64,000 bases of DNA from Eledone cirrhosa (GCA_964016885.1 OZ024743.1:196230001-196294000); one strand, 5' to 3'; positions 29,801 to 44,184 are shown, numbered from the stretch's first letter. Notes: generated from the letters alone by a model not told the origin. Made by a program: numbers and translations.

Positions 29801-30000
29801 TAGGTAGATATGCCTATATTCTATATATATATATGTACATAGTCATACACATACACATACACATACACATACGCATAGGTAGATATACCTATATTCTATA
29901 TATATATATGTACATAGTCATACACATACACATACCCATACACATACACATACACATAGGTAGATATGCCTATATTCTATATATATATATGTACATAGTC

Positions 30001-30037
<37 letters not shown>

Positions 30038-30085
30038 TAGGTAGATATGCCTATATTCTATATATATATATGTACATAGTCATTT
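29165..30085. repeat. Minisatellite: constant AGGTAGATATGCCTATATTC(TA)nTGTACATAGTCAT plus variable (ACACAT)n
   Basis: About 13 units visible. Confidence 0.92.
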
Positions 30086-30089
30086 CTCT

Positions 30090-30267
30090 TTATTTTCAGA
30101 CATGTGTGGGGGGGGGAATGTGTATTTGTGTGTGTGAGTGTGGTGTGTGTGTATGTGTGTGTGTGTGTGTGTGTGTTTGTATGCAAGTGTGTGTATCTTT
30201 GTATATAACTGTTTAAGCATCTATGAATAACCTCTATATTTTCAGACTTGCGCGTGTGTGTGTGTGT

Positions 30268-30301
<34 letters not shown>

Positions 30302-30496
30302 AAGTGTGTGTATATTTGTATATAATTGTGTAAGCATCTATGAGTAACCTCTATATTTTCAGACATGTGTGTGTGTTCGGGGTGTTTGTGTGTATGTGTG
30401 TGTGTGTGTATGTGTGTGGTGTATGTGTGTGTGTATGTGTGTGTAGGTATGCATGTATGTGTGTAATGGCGTGCGTCTGTATGTGTATGCGCGCGC

Positions 30497-30591
<95 letters not shown>

Positions 30592-30786
30592 AAGTGTGTG
30601 TATATTTGTATATAATTGTGTAAGCATCTATGAGTAACCTCTATATTTTCAGACATGTGTGTGTGTTCGGGGTGTTTGTGTGTATGTGTGTGTGTGTGTA
30701 TGTGTGTGGTGTATGTGTGTGTGTATGTGTGTGTAGGTATGCATGTATGTGTGTAATGGCGTGCGTCTGTATGTGTATGCGCGCGC

Positions 30787-30847
<61 letters not shown>

Positions 30848-30915
30848 CAAGTGTGTGTATATTTGTATATAATTGTGTAAGCATCTATGAATAACCTCTA
30901 TATTTTCAGACTTGC

Positions 30916-30950
<35 letters not shown>

Positions 30951-31024
30951 TATGCAAGTGTGTGTATATTAGTATATAATTGTGTAAGCATCTATGAATA
31001 ACCTCTATATTTTCAGACTTGCGC

Positions 31025-31083
<59 letters not shown>

Positions 31084-31196
31084 TATGCAAGTGTGTGTAT
31101 ATTTGTATATAATTGTGTAAGCATCTATGAATAACCTCTATATTTTCAGACTTGCGTGTGTGTGTGTGTGTGTGTGTGCGTGTGTGTGTGCAAGTG

Positions 31197-31246
<50 letters not shown>

Positions 31247-31285
31247 CATTTTTGTATATAACTGTGTAACCATCTATGAATAACC
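30090..31285. repeat. Composite minisatellite: ~60-bp constant block separated by (TG)n
   Basis: TATAATTGTGTAAGCATCTATGAATAACCTCTATATTTTCAGAC repeated ~7 times, with a higher-order ~290-bp duplication. Confidence 0.92.
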
Positions 31286-31574
31286 AATCTCAAAAAGAAA
31301 ATGTTTACATACTAAAATTTACGTTTTTTTCACTTTTTTCATTTCATTTTAGTTTTCCTTATCTATTCAAAAGGTCGCCAATGTATTAGCACATAGATAT
31401 GTCTGTATACATGTATATTACTATATGTATGTAGCAAGGTATGTATATATATATAAATAATATATATCCTATATATATATATTTATTTATATTTATATAT
31501 ATATACTGCCTCTCTGTTTTGTTCCTGTTCAAATTTTTCCATTATATATATATATATGTGTGTATGAATATATG

Positions 31575-31610
<36 letters not shown>

Positions 31611-32591
31611 CGTGTGTGTGTCTTTGTGTGTGTATATGTGTGTATGTTTGAGTGTATGTATCTATGTGCGTGAGTGTATGTGACTGTGTTGGGGAATTAT
31701 GTGTATGTATGTGTGTGTGTGTCCGTCCGTGTGAATACGTTGACATGTGAATATGTATATCTGTAGTTATAGGTGTGAATGTAATGTTGTTTATAGTTAA
31801 ATTTCTGCTGCATTTTGCCAACGGCTTTCCTGTTACCGCAATAATGTTTTTTTACCGCTTTTTTTTTTTTATTTCATTTTATTTATTTAACTATTGCTTT
31901 ATTTATTTCATTTTATTTATATATATATTTATTTCTATTTACTCATATATTTTATTTCTCTATTTATATATTTTTGGTTTGTTTGTTTGATTTTACTTTC
32001 TTGTTCCCCTGCATTTCCATCGTTTTGTTTGCTGGTAATGATCGTCATGGGTGTATTGGTGATAGTATAACTAGAGGTGTTGGCGACAGTTCTGCTCTTG
32101 TTGCTAGTAGTTAAGGCGACTTCTGTGTCATGGGGGATTTGTTTTATATCAGATTTTCTTTTGTGTTTTCTCTTGGTGTATTTTTTTCCTTCTCAGCCTT
32201 GTTCTTTCTTCATTTTATCTTTCTAGATAAGCATTCATAACTTATTTAAGCTTTTACTGTAATATTCCACTTGTTCTCATCAATGATGCAATATTTTTAT
32301 GCTTAAATTCTATTTGCGTTATTTCCTTTCATTTTTTTATTTAACTTTTCACGATTTTATATCTTTTAAGAATTATTTTCCATTTTTCGTTGTTTATTTG
32401 AAAATATATTCTAACTGACAAACTCGAGGTAGTTATAATATTTGGCCTGTTTGTTTTCCCTTGTTCGGTTCTCCATGTTGTTTATAAATATCTATATATA
32501 CACACACAAATGCACACACACACATTCATTCACACACACATATGTGTGTGTGTGTGTGTGTGTGGCGGGGTGAGTGAGTGACTGAGTGTGT

Positions 32592-32683
<92 letters not shown>

Positions 32684-32964
32684 GCGTGTGTGCGTGAGCA
32701 TTTGCTAGTGTGTGTGCGTTTCAGTAGGCAGATAGTCGGAAAACCACAGCGTGGAGTCCAACCACGACAACACTTTCCAATTAGGAAGATGTCTGTCCTT
32801 CGGGAAAGATGAACAGTCCGAAAGACAGAATACATTCGCGGACGACTCACAGAGAGGCAAATTAGACGAACAAAAATATTGAAAATAATACCTCTGAAAT
32901 TATAATTGACAGGCAAGAACAAAAGAGCTGTGATACCAGGATCCGACAACCTGTTGTTAGACTT

Positions 32965-33260
32965 TTAGAAGTCAAATGCATAATCTTTCCTGAAACATTC
33001 TAACCACATGTCTACAGTATCCGAGCTGTGATCTTTCGTTACGTTAGTCCTAAGATCCCTTCGGAGGAACCCAATTTCGGCCGCTTGTATTCGTGATCGT
33101 ATCCTTTCGGTCATTATCCGCGATTAATGACCTTAGGTAAGGGTTGGCACGAGTACCAAATTGAAGATAGCGTGTATGGCTTTTACACCTACCTCCCTTC
33201 TTCTTATTTCTGAATGCTTAATCTGATGCATTAGTGCACCAGCTCCTGAAATTCTTGCAC
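32965..33260 (-). mobile_element. RTE-clade (Rex3/Expander-like) LINE fragment, C-terminal region
   Basis: LVPTLT*GH*SRIMTERIRSRIQAAEIGFLRR ... RHVVRM, with stops. Confidence 0.82.
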
Positions 33261-33269
33261 TTGTGACAT

Positions 33270-33775
33270 AAGCGGGCACGAATAATCGCAGCAGAGACAG
33301 TTAAGACATGGGATGACTTTGGGGTTAAGCTGGAATCCGACTTCAGATCAGCAAATAAAGTGTTCTAGCAGACCATTCACCGACTTCGTAATAAGAAGTC
33401 CTCCTCCACATCTGCTATCATGAAGTCGTCTGGGATTCTCCTCTCTTCACTGAGGTGCATCATTACGAGAATAAGAGAATACTTTGCTGATCTTCTAACT
33501 TCGATCAAACTACATCTGAGAGGTGCATCTGGGAGAGGTGACTAATCTCTCAGAGGCTAATGTCACAAGAGCAGTTAAAGAGCTCAAAAAGGATTAGATA
33601 GAGAAGGTATTCCTTGGCTGACTCATGTGTGCCTGGTGGCCTGGATCTTTGGGGAGGCACCTAAGCGATGGCAATCGAGAGTGATAATGCCAACTTTCAA
33701 AAAGGGAGACGAGAGATTATTTCAATTACAGACAAATCTCCTTGTGAAGCCTCCCCGGTAAAGTCTATGCTAGAG
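33270..33775 (+). mobile_element. RTE-clade LINE fragment, pre-RT/RT start, opposite orientation
   Basis: WDDFGVKLESDFRSANKVF*QTIHRLR ... WQSRVIMPTFKKG..NYRQISL*SLPGKVYAR. Confidence 0.82.
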
Positions 33776-33828
33776 AGAGGGAGAAAGAGAGTGTGTGTGT
33801 GACAGAGAGATAGAGAGAGAGAGAGATG

Positions 33829-33955
<127 letters not shown>

Positions 33956-34041
33956 GAGGATCCGCTAAGGTGAAACAATTGTTCTCGGTATGGTGAACTA
34001 ACTGTTGTGTAACCACTTCTATATATATATATATATGTATA

Positions 34042-34535
34042 CTAGCCGAATTACCCGCACCTTGCTGCGCTACACACATTTTTTTGTAAGAAAATGATGA
34101 TTGATTTTAAATCAGTGATATAATTTATGGAGAAAAACTCTGCATTTCAATATTACTCAATGTAAAATGTAATGCATGAAAAGTTGGAAAATATTATTAC
34201 ATATCAAATCAAAATTACATTATTAAATCTTATTCTTATTTTGTTTCTTGTAAATAATTTTCTTTCAAAATATCAATTCAAAACTTTTGTGAATAGGCAT
34301 CATATCTTGTCATTTACCAATGGTTTAAATTTCATATAAATCGAAGGGAAAACATTTTCAGTGGGGGTTTTCAGCGGGGATTTGTGGCTCCGAGGAACCC
34401 TTTGATTAAAATGAAATATACACATCCAAGTACACTGTGCAATGTAGTTTCAGAATATATATGGTTATGGGGGTCTATCTCCAAAACCATAGGAAGAGTT
34501 CGTGAACAAACAAACAAACAAACAGGAACTACAAC

Positions 34536-34545
<10 letters not shown>
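34042..34545 (-). mobile_element. Non-autonomous Helitron
   Basis: Minus-strand 3' end has hairpin CGCAGCAAGGTGCG about 10 nt before CTAG|T. The 5' end is (TA)n..CTGTTTGTTTGTTTG. Internal homology to 54450-54915. Confidence 0.75.
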
Positions 34546-34589
<44 letters not shown>

Positions 34590-34592
<3 letters not shown>

Positions 34593-35170
34593 TTTTTCTT
34601 GCGAGTCAGTTCTTTCGTTGCTACGGTCCCGCGGCTGAATTACCGGTCGCTATCTTCAATTTGCAAAGCCCTTTAAACAGTATGTTATTACTCTAAGGTT
34701 TTATACCTTATCGAGTGCTTAGATGCACTTCTGATTGCCTTCGTCGGCTTAGCTGCGGCTTGAGCTTCGAATATGCTGTACTTCGATTTGTATTACTATC
34801 TCCTAGACCTAATGATTAATTGATTAATTTAATTAGACAATTCTATTGATTCATTAATTATTTATGTTTCTTTAATAACGATCTGGTTGAGTGCTTAATT
34901 CAGTTTGTGTATGGAAGTTATTCCATTGCTCATAATTTGAATTTGACCGCCAAAAACCAGGAGAAACATGTGATCTCACAACCGGCCTGGCGTCTGAAAG
35001 AAAGCCTGTTGAGAAAGTAAATCCTCTGTTCGATCTTCCAGAACCACAACTTGCATACACCGCAAGCGGATTTTGTAGATTTCGGATTTACAGAAACCTG
35101 AGATATTGCAAAATATTGAAGTGATGGTCGAGGTTTGTTATATATAAATATATGTATATATGTATATATG

Positions 35171-35228
<58 letters not shown>

Positions 35229-35415
35229 TCTCACGAGTGTTTTTCTCACGGTCCCCGCGGCTGAATTACCGGTCGCTATCTTCAATTTGCAAAGCTCTTT
35301 AAACGGTATGTTATTACTCTTAGGTTTTATACCTTATCGAGTGCTTGGCTGCACTTCTGATTGCCTTCGTCGGCTTAGCTGCGGCTTGAGCTTCGAATAT
35401 GTTGTACTTCCATTT
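34590..35415 (+). mobile_element. Retrozyme-like element (34590-35138) with partial direct repeat (35235-35415)
   Basis: GGTCCCGCGGCTGAATTACCGG block is repeated. U3-A8 HHR-like fold at 35005-35135 is related to the 14701 family. Confidence 0.65.
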
Positions 35416-35510
35416 ATATATATATGTAGAGGTTATATTTAATTTGTTGGGATACAACAAGCTAAATATTTTTATAACTGATATAAAGCACTCAACAAAT
35501 TATTGGAGTA

Positions 35511-35850
35511 AATATACAATATATTAAGCAAATGGAAACTATATTTATAAAACCATATTTATTTCATCATACATATTTCAAGGGCCACCAGAGCAAACTA
35601 AGGTGCGCTTTAATCAGATAAAATATAATATAGGTTAGTTTTATAAATAAATATTGACTATCCAGGAGATTCCAACCAGAATGGTTGCATTTTTTAAGGG
35701 TATGTCAATATTTATTTATAAAACTAACCTATATTATATTTTATCTGATGAAAGCGCACCATAGTTTGCTCTGGTGGCCCTTGAAATATGTATAATGAAA
35801 TAAATATGGTTTTATAAATATAGTTTCCATTTGCTTAATATATTGTATAT
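35511..35850. mobile_element. Family E fold-back; HHR 35737-35802(+)
   Basis: Arms 35511-35659 / 35703-35850. UAUUUUAU-CUGAUGA-AAG..CACCA..UGGUG..CUU-GAAA-UAUGU-AUA/AUGAAAUA. The mirror copy has CUGAUUA. Confidence 0.82.
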
Positions 35851-35869
35851 ATATATATATATATTATAG

Positions 35870-36610
35870 TTGAAACAAAAAAACAACAACAAGGAAGAGA
35901 AGAGGCAGAACAAAATGTTAATATTAGTTTCACGCTTGAGAGTGGGGGGGGCGTTTCAGGCATAAGCCCTTTATCAGGAGAAAAGTGAGCAGGAAAAGAG
36001 TTCCACGGGTGTGAGGGGGGAGTGGTGGAAAGATATTAAAAGGGTGGGGGGGGGGGGGGTAAAAAAATTTAAATGAAACAAGTGGTGAAAGGGTGTGAGG
36101 CGTGTAGGGGTCGTGGTAGGTGGATGGAGGGGGAGAAGGGAGAATAAGAGGGGGGGAGGGCTGAAGGCGGTGTGTGTGTATGTGTGTAGATGTACGTGTG
36201 TGTGTGTGTGTCTGTGGATATGAATGTGAGAGTTGGGGGAAGAACGAGGTTCCATGTTCGGGTAATAGGGAAACTGGTGTGTACATGGGGTGGGGTGTAA
36301 GTCGGTGTGTGTGTACGTGTGGATGGAGAGGGGTCAGAGAGGGTGCGGGAGAGGGGGCGTGTGGAGTCCGGCGGCTGAGTGTGTGTATGTGAGGATACGC
36401 ACGTGTGTGTGTTTTTGGTGTGGTGTGGATGTACGGTTGCGGGGGTGCGAAAATAGTGTAAGTGTTTGTATGTGTGTGTGTTCCTGGATGTTTTTCCACG
36501 GACTGTAGGAACGGATGTTGAAAATTCCGAGTGTAGCAGGGTGAATAGCTGGAGCGGTGGACCGGTGGTGTAAAATCTTTGTTATAGTATTGAGGAAGTG
36601 GAGAGTTATA
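35870..36610 (-). mobile_element. Decayed PLE-like 3' end
   Basis: (TA)n-flanked; decayed HHR CUGAUAA-AGGGC-UUAU-GCCU-GAAACGC at 35951-35980. Confidence 0.45.
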
Positions 36611-37029
36611 TATATATATCATCTGCGTATATTTCAAACATTTTGCCACCATTTTCTGGAGAGTTTTGCGTGCATTGTTTGCTATATTGTTGCAAACGCT
36701 GTGTTATGATAGCAGTGCCCAAAGCTGTGATACTGCTGGATTGATACTCCTTATCTAACTAAGTCTTTAAGAAGACAGCAATATAAACATTCGCAACTTT
36801 AATACAGAGATGCTAAATATATATTAGGATTACCAAAACAGCTACGTATGTATATATATAGACACGTGAGGTCTGATAGAGTCTTATGGCACCGTTGTGT
36901 ATTACGGTGTACTTTAGGCACTTGAAGCCTGGCGCAGCCCACCTCCTCCTCAGATCGCAACACAGCCGATTCCTTACAGAAAAGAAGAGAGTTAGATTGA
37001 GAGAGATGAAGTAATATGTGTTACTGGGG

Positions 37030-37197
37030 AAGAATCGATTACATTACTGGATTGGTACATTTTTTATCGAGCTCGAAACGATAACAGGCAAAGTTGACCT
37101 CGGCGGAATTTGAACTCCGTGAGCTCATAAAACCAGACAGGAACTAATACCACAAAGCATTCTATCCGGCATTCTAACGACTCTGCTAATTTCCCAC
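37030..37197 (-). mobile_element. Diverged tRNA-derived SINE
   Basis: GGCAAAGTTGACCTCGGCGGAATTTGAACTC matches the SINE core. Confidence 0.75.
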
Positions 37198-37904
37198 CGG
37201 CATAACAGTTACAATATCTATGAAATTTGTGAGTAGCTATACTGGTCTAATTCTTGTTCTCAACTAACGTTGAGATCTTATCACTTCACGAAAGAAGACG
37301 CAGCATGATTGTTTAGCAAACTCTACAGAGCTGGACATTTGTTCGCAAGGAGCTGTTATATTTATTTATTTTTCTAAATCTCTGACAGCTTGTTTAATGT
37401 TTGAAGGGTGTCTACAGCATATGGTTTCGATTCCTGGTTTCCATCAGCAGCGTTGTTCTTCTTGCAGCTTTTTCCAAATGGCAAGAAGGGAGATGCTAGT
37501 AAACATGTAGATATTGTTAATATGTTTGGATACAGGGATGAAACAGTTACCATTCAGAGAACAACAACATTGAATAACTACAGCTCAGACAAGTATATTT
37601 AACACCAGTATTTATAAGTTTCCGCTCTTGTGGTCGTAATAGTTCACAAACAAGTAAGAAAAATATTCAATGTTAAAAACAGAATATTGTATATTTAATA
37701 AGAGTATATAACATTTATTTAATTAGCTAATCTTTTCCTGCAATACAATGATGAATAGAGCTGGTTTATATTTGATTTCCATTGCATTGAACAGACGTGA
37801 AATATATCTGATTCTGTATAGGACGCTAGTCTAATGCGGCTAGATTTGACTGCGATATATATTGAAGTAAACACTTAAACACTATCATGTAATGATATAC
37901 GTCT

Positions 37905-38249
37905 CAAATATATACGGCTGTGGCTGCCTACAGTGGTAAATGATATAACGAAGGAAATGTGAATCAAATCTATACGGCTCTGTCTTCCTACAGTGGTAAA
38001 TGATATAACGAAGGATATGTGAATCAAATCTATACGGCTGTGTCTTCCTACAGTGGTAAACGATATAACAAGGAAATGTGAATCAGATCTATACGGCTGT
38101 GTCTTCCTACAGTGGTAAACGATATAACGAAGGAAATGTATATCAAAACTATACAACTGTGTCTTCCTACAGTGGTAAACGATATAACGAAGGAAATTTA
38201 TATCAAAACTATACAACTGTGTCTTCCTACAGTGGTAAACGATATAACG
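37905..38249. repeat. 60-bp tandem repeat, ~5.7 copies
   Basis: CTACAGTGGTAAA(C/T)GATATAACG recurs every 59-60 bp. Confidence 0.95.
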
Positions 38250-39188
38250 CATGACACCTACACTTACAGCAGTGTGATTAATAAAACAGCCAGCAGAACT
38301 TCTACATGGTCGGTTGAAATAGCAATGGTTTCTCCTTCAAACAAAGGACATATAAGATAATGTAGTCCGAGATACATTATACCTAGAACAGTTACGACTG
38401 AAATGCCTTTCACCATAGATCTGCTCAATCACAGCTGAGTAAGGGTTCACAACAAAATAACACTTTATCCAATATATTCTTCCATTGTAAGACGGTAGTA
38501 TGATATAAAACATTTTCGCTGCTATGTGATATAGCACCGTAATAATAGCTTGGAGAAGAAATAAACATTGAGGCTAAAATAAACGATGGTGATGAGACTC
38601 AAAGACATATTTTAACACTTAAGTAAGATATATTTCAGTGTCATTGGTGAACGAATAGCCGTCAGTATTAGTCAAAATCAAAGAAAATTTGGAATTTTGT
38701 ATAAGAAAAAAATAAACAGATATTATTAAAATATAACTGTCGTTTTTTAACTGCAAGCGTATATATTTCCTGTAAAATTTCACTGATTTCAAAATGTACA
38801 AGATGAGTTGGCTTCTCTAGTTGACTCCCAGCTTCCTCACTCGCTTTCATAACACTACACGTATTGTTCCCTAAATGATTGATGAAGACTGAAACAAGAT
38901 GGTGATTAGCACCGAGAATATTTTTACATAATCAATCTAAATTATAAGTGTCAAGTTGTGTTGAAAGTCATTAAATTATCTTCAGATAAATTTCAAAACA
39001 CCATACGAGGAAACCTTTTAACAACAAATTCAAAACATTGAAGTCACATTCAAACAACTGTTGCATCTAGAGAATGGGGAATAACAAACTGTATGTCGTT
39101 TGATCAGATGTAACTAGCCGAGTTAATGCAGTATTGAACGATATTCCGAAAGGTTGGTTAATCGTATCTTATTATTAGCTTTGTACTA

Positions 39189-39620
39189 AGGACGGTGGAT
39201 TGGCAATACTGATAGAGGGTCAGACATCATGCTTTGCAGCATAGAGTTACGGCCCGTTACGTTCTGCGTTCAAATCCGGCCGAGGTTATCTTTGCCTTTC
39301 ATCCTTGCGGGGTCGATAAAATAAGCACCAGTAATGCACTGGGGTCGATTTGATCGATATTCCCCTCCTCTAAAATTGCTTGCCTTGTGCCTAAAGTAGA
39401 AACAATTATTAGGGCAGTGAATTGACAAAACCATTAAACCGTTGGACAAAATGCTTTGTGGTATTTAGTTACGGCCCTTAACGCTCCCGTTGTGGTCAAC
39501 TTTGCATTTCATCCTTCTCTGGTCGATAAAATAAAGTAGCAGTAAAGTACTGGCTCGATATAATTGACTATTCTCTCCCCATAAAATTGCTGGCTCTGTG
39601 TCAATGTTAAATATCATTAT
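39189..39620 (+). mobile_element. Two tandem tRNA-derived SINEs
   Basis: Full copy at 39189-39410 followed by an older copy. Confidence 0.85.
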
Positions 39621-42331
39621 TGGTTCTGTACTATTTATTAGTACCACAATGGTTGTGCGATTCTCTGCTACAGATGGAGTGAACAATATATAATTAATGA
39701 GTGGTTTGTTAGATTATTGAGCTAAGTTTAAAAAGGTCACCTCCTCCAGTATAACTGGGAAGATTGGTGTCCTGCAGACGTGCCCAAGGTAGACAAAGCG
39801 ATGATTGACATTTTCACTGAGTTGTGGGACTAAACACAGCTCTATATACACAGTGAAAACGGAAATTATAAGGTATTATTTGGGTTGTTCATGAATGAGC
39901 TACATCATAAAAATACAAAAAAAATAAAGCAACACCTCGTACTGATTTTTTTTCATTTTTTTAACATAATTTAAATAAACGATTGGACAAAAAGAAAACC
40001 TCGTGGTCCTCTGATTGGATATGTGGAGGTTGAACAGGAAATAGATTTTTTTGTTTTGTTTTTTATTTTGTAAAATTTAAATTAGTTTTGTTTACAGTTT
40101 TATTGAGAGTGAGAAGTTGATTAATGTGGTCGAAAGCCATGAATGATATCAGCATTGTAAATGTCCATGAAACAGTCTTTTGATCTGTATAAAAAGGAAA
40201 TTAGAATCAAAGTAGTATTGTCATGATAAAAGAAAAAAAATATTAGGAATGACAAATTATTGTCTCTATAAAATATTCAGTCAGTTACTCACTTTTTAGT
40301 AAATGTTAAGCCACATCTACGTATCAACAGATAAATTGAACTTACTCCTTTTTTTATGTTAGAGTTAGGAAACAACGAAGCATCCAGAGAATTGCTGTGG
40401 TTTTCAATTACCCTTTAACTTATTTTCTGAAGAAGAATAAGCAAATAAAAAATATATATATTGAAACTTGTGTTTCTTGAAAATAATACGTGTCAAAGAA
40501 GATGAATAACAATGTAGGTATTATACTTCATAGCAACATTCAGAAAAACTTGTTCTCTATGTTCTATTAGTGTCACATTAAGAGTTCTGTAATATAGACG
40601 TTAATGTTTTATACACATTAATATCATGTTTAGTATATTGTAATGTATACATTATTAGTGTCACACCCCATTAATGACATATTCACATCAGTGCCATATA
40701 GGGAGTGCCACATTACAGATTATAGTGTAAAACATTTAAACAGAATCGTGGTTAATTGATAAGCTGTTGTTTTAACGTAAAAACCTCTATTTTTCATTTC
40801 ATTTCCATTATTTTTTTTCTTTATTGCTATTTTATCATTGTTTAATCTTTCAGTGGTTTCAAATCAACAGTGTAAAACATAATTTTAAGTGACCTTTCAT
40901 TAGCACACACATCCCAGGGGATATTGTGTTAGAACTCAACATATGAAACATCACAAAACCTCTAGAGGTGATCAAATTCTACGAATAGCTTTTAAAGCTT
41001 ACTTCTACGACTACGGTGAGTAAATGGCATGTAAAAAGCCTTTTCAAAGAAGATAGATGATATCAAATATACATAAAGTGGTGTAGAGTAATTCGATATT
41101 TAGATATTTTGGCGCTTGTTATTTAGTACATGTTAATGCCTTGACAAAAAAGCCGGGAAAACAGAAAATCACAAAACGTATTTCTTATTCCTCTAAAGTC
41201 AGTTACACATTGATAAATATCACAGATTAAGACCAGGCAAGTACAAAATACAAACATTCAAAGTAGGTGCCCATTTAATCCTTGTATAAAACAAACAGTT
41301 ATCTGCACGTAAATAATTAACTAAGATAAAGGAAATACATCATGTTGAAACTTACCTTTAATGATTAATTTTCATTGATAAATATTTTTAAAATCCAAGC
41401 TGAATTAATCCTGCGTGTAACTTGTCAAATGTAATTATAGTTCTGGTATTTATGCAATCCATTGATCAAATTAAACAACCTTTAGTCAGTTAACCTATTA
41501 TATCTAATTATCTAACATGTCACTGGCATTATTCTCTGAAGCTCAGAAATGTATAGCTAAGCGTTGAGATCCATTTTCAATATATACATGGTTACCTTGA
41601 CTTTCACTAATTTGATTACTGCCTTCAGGCTAGTTGTAGCATAATTTCGTTGAAAAGTCCACTGTTGTCTAAATACCTTATTCGTAAGGCTTAATATATA
41701 TGCCATAAGACATTCAAAAAGGTAATGAGTTCGACCTCTCACTCAGGATTAACTTATCTGACTCTATTCCGAAAAGAGCGCTATTTTAAGGTTGCTCTTT
41801 CAAATGAAGTTCACTGAAACACGCAAAAACGCATGCATGCATGTATATACACATAGAAACATACAGATCCTTAAAATTATTGTCTTGGTGAGACACAAAG
41901 ATACATAGAGTTGCACACATAAGCAGATAGGTGGTATCAGACCATACCATAGCCACAAACGCACACGTTTAACCTTAGACAAACACATACACAAATCTAT
42001 AGGATATATTTATCAGTAGCTACAAAGTATATTCCGTATTCTGGGCTATTATGCCGTATCATTTTCCTATGTTTTCATATAATTTTCTTTTGCATGGTTT
42101 ATTTTCGTGAGAGACACGGCGTGCTTCCAAGAATAGGTCCGAACAAAGTTTCATTCTTTTTTCGCTTGTATCCTTTTCAATCCAATCACATTAATTATTT
42201 TGTGTTAAACAATCCTTTTCACCAAATAACCTACAACTTATACCGGTAATATCGGTGTATATCAAATATGTATATCGTTGACACGTGTGTGTGTGTGTGT
42301 ATGTGCGTTGTGTATGTGCGTGTAGTATATA

Positions 42332-42420
<89 letters not shown>

Positions 42421-42861
42421 AAGAGAGAAATATATATATATACATATATACACACACACATATATATATACATACACACACACCACATATATACATACAT
42501 ACACACACACCACATATACATATGTATATATATATATATATACATTATATATATATATACATTACATATATACATTACATATATATATATATATACATTA
42601 TATATATATACATTACATATATATATATTTATATAATACATATATATATATATATACATTACATATATATATATATTTATATAATACATATATATATACA
42701 CATATATATATGTATGTGTATATATGTGTGTCTGCTTATATGTGCTTATATTCGTGATGTGGGTGTATTATACATACATGTATGTAGAGAGAGATAAAGA
42801 GATTGAGGCTAATAGTCGTGATTAACATATATTTCAAACGTAATCTATGTATTTTCTACAC

Positions 42862-42928
<67 letters not shown>

Positions 42929-43580
42929 TATATTTAAATGAAGTTGATGGTGATAATAATGAGGATGATGTCAATGATGATGATACTAAGTATGATGACG
43001 ATGATGGTGATAATTGTTTAAGTATCTGTGGTCGTGAGAGAAAGACTGTGTATGTCTTTGTGTGCTTGTGAGTGTGTATGTTGTGTGTGTGTGTGTGTGA
43101 GTGTGTGTGTGCGTGTGTGTGAGTGACTGCGTATGTGTATGTGTGTGGTCATGACAGAGTGTGTTTGTGAATGTGTCTCTCTGTGTGTATGTGCGTGTGT
43201 ATGTCTGTGTGTGTGAGTGTGTATGTATGCGTGGCTGTGTAAGTGTGTGTGTGACTGTGTATGTGTGTGTGTGAGACTGTCTGTGTACGTTTATGCCAAT
43301 ATACCTGCTAGTACATATTTATGTATGTATTTATGTCTGCATGTAAACAGTAATAAGCAATTCTAGATTTCAATTAATTCTGATTTGCCGTTGTTTAATA
43401 AGAAAGACAAGAAGGAAAAGAAAAAGAAAAAAAAAAACAAAGAAAGAAAATTAAGTAAGAAAAGAAAAACCAAAAAAGAAAGAACATTAAGAAGAATGAA
43501 AGAAAGAAGGTAAGAAAGAAAGAAACGAGAAATAAAAGAAATAAAATAAAAAGAAGAACGAAAAAAAGAAAGAAAAAGAA

Positions 43581-43648
<68 letters not shown>

Positions 43649-44023
43649 AAAGAAGAAAGCAGAAAATAAATCATGTTAGTTGGAGAGCTATTGTAGTTTC
43701 TTACAGAGTTATAAAGATTGCAATAAAATCTATCGCTAGAGATAGCCTTTATTAAAGACAGCGAGTAAAGAAGTCGCATAGTTTGTCTCACACAGACCAA
43801 ACTTTTTATCAGACGGCAACACATTTAGCAAACAGTTATTTTGATTAGGTGGAAATTATTTGGCTGCAGGGAAGTGACTTTAGAATTAACTATTGTTGCT
43901 TCAGAACTTACAAAATACTGAAGATCATTATAAGGTCTGGTTTTATTTTTAGATTGTTATTAAGTTTAGATTCAAAGTGAGCTTGTGTCGTCTCCAGCAG
44001 TTAGAATTAGCTAACCTGGCTGC

Positions 44024-44101
<78 letters not shown>

Positions 44102-44184
44102 GCATACATACATACATACATACATACATACATACATACATACATACATACACATACAAGCATATATATATGTACATTTATGTT

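Noticed and set aside
29165-31285. CRISPR-like look (constant repeat with variable spacers)
   Set aside because: The spacers are only length variants of (ACACAT)n or (TG)n, the context is eukaryotic, and no cas genes are present.
37905-38249. 60-bp repeat as coding repeat or CRISPR
   Set aside because: Head-to-tail minisatellite without unique spacers; a 1-bp indel shifts the frames.
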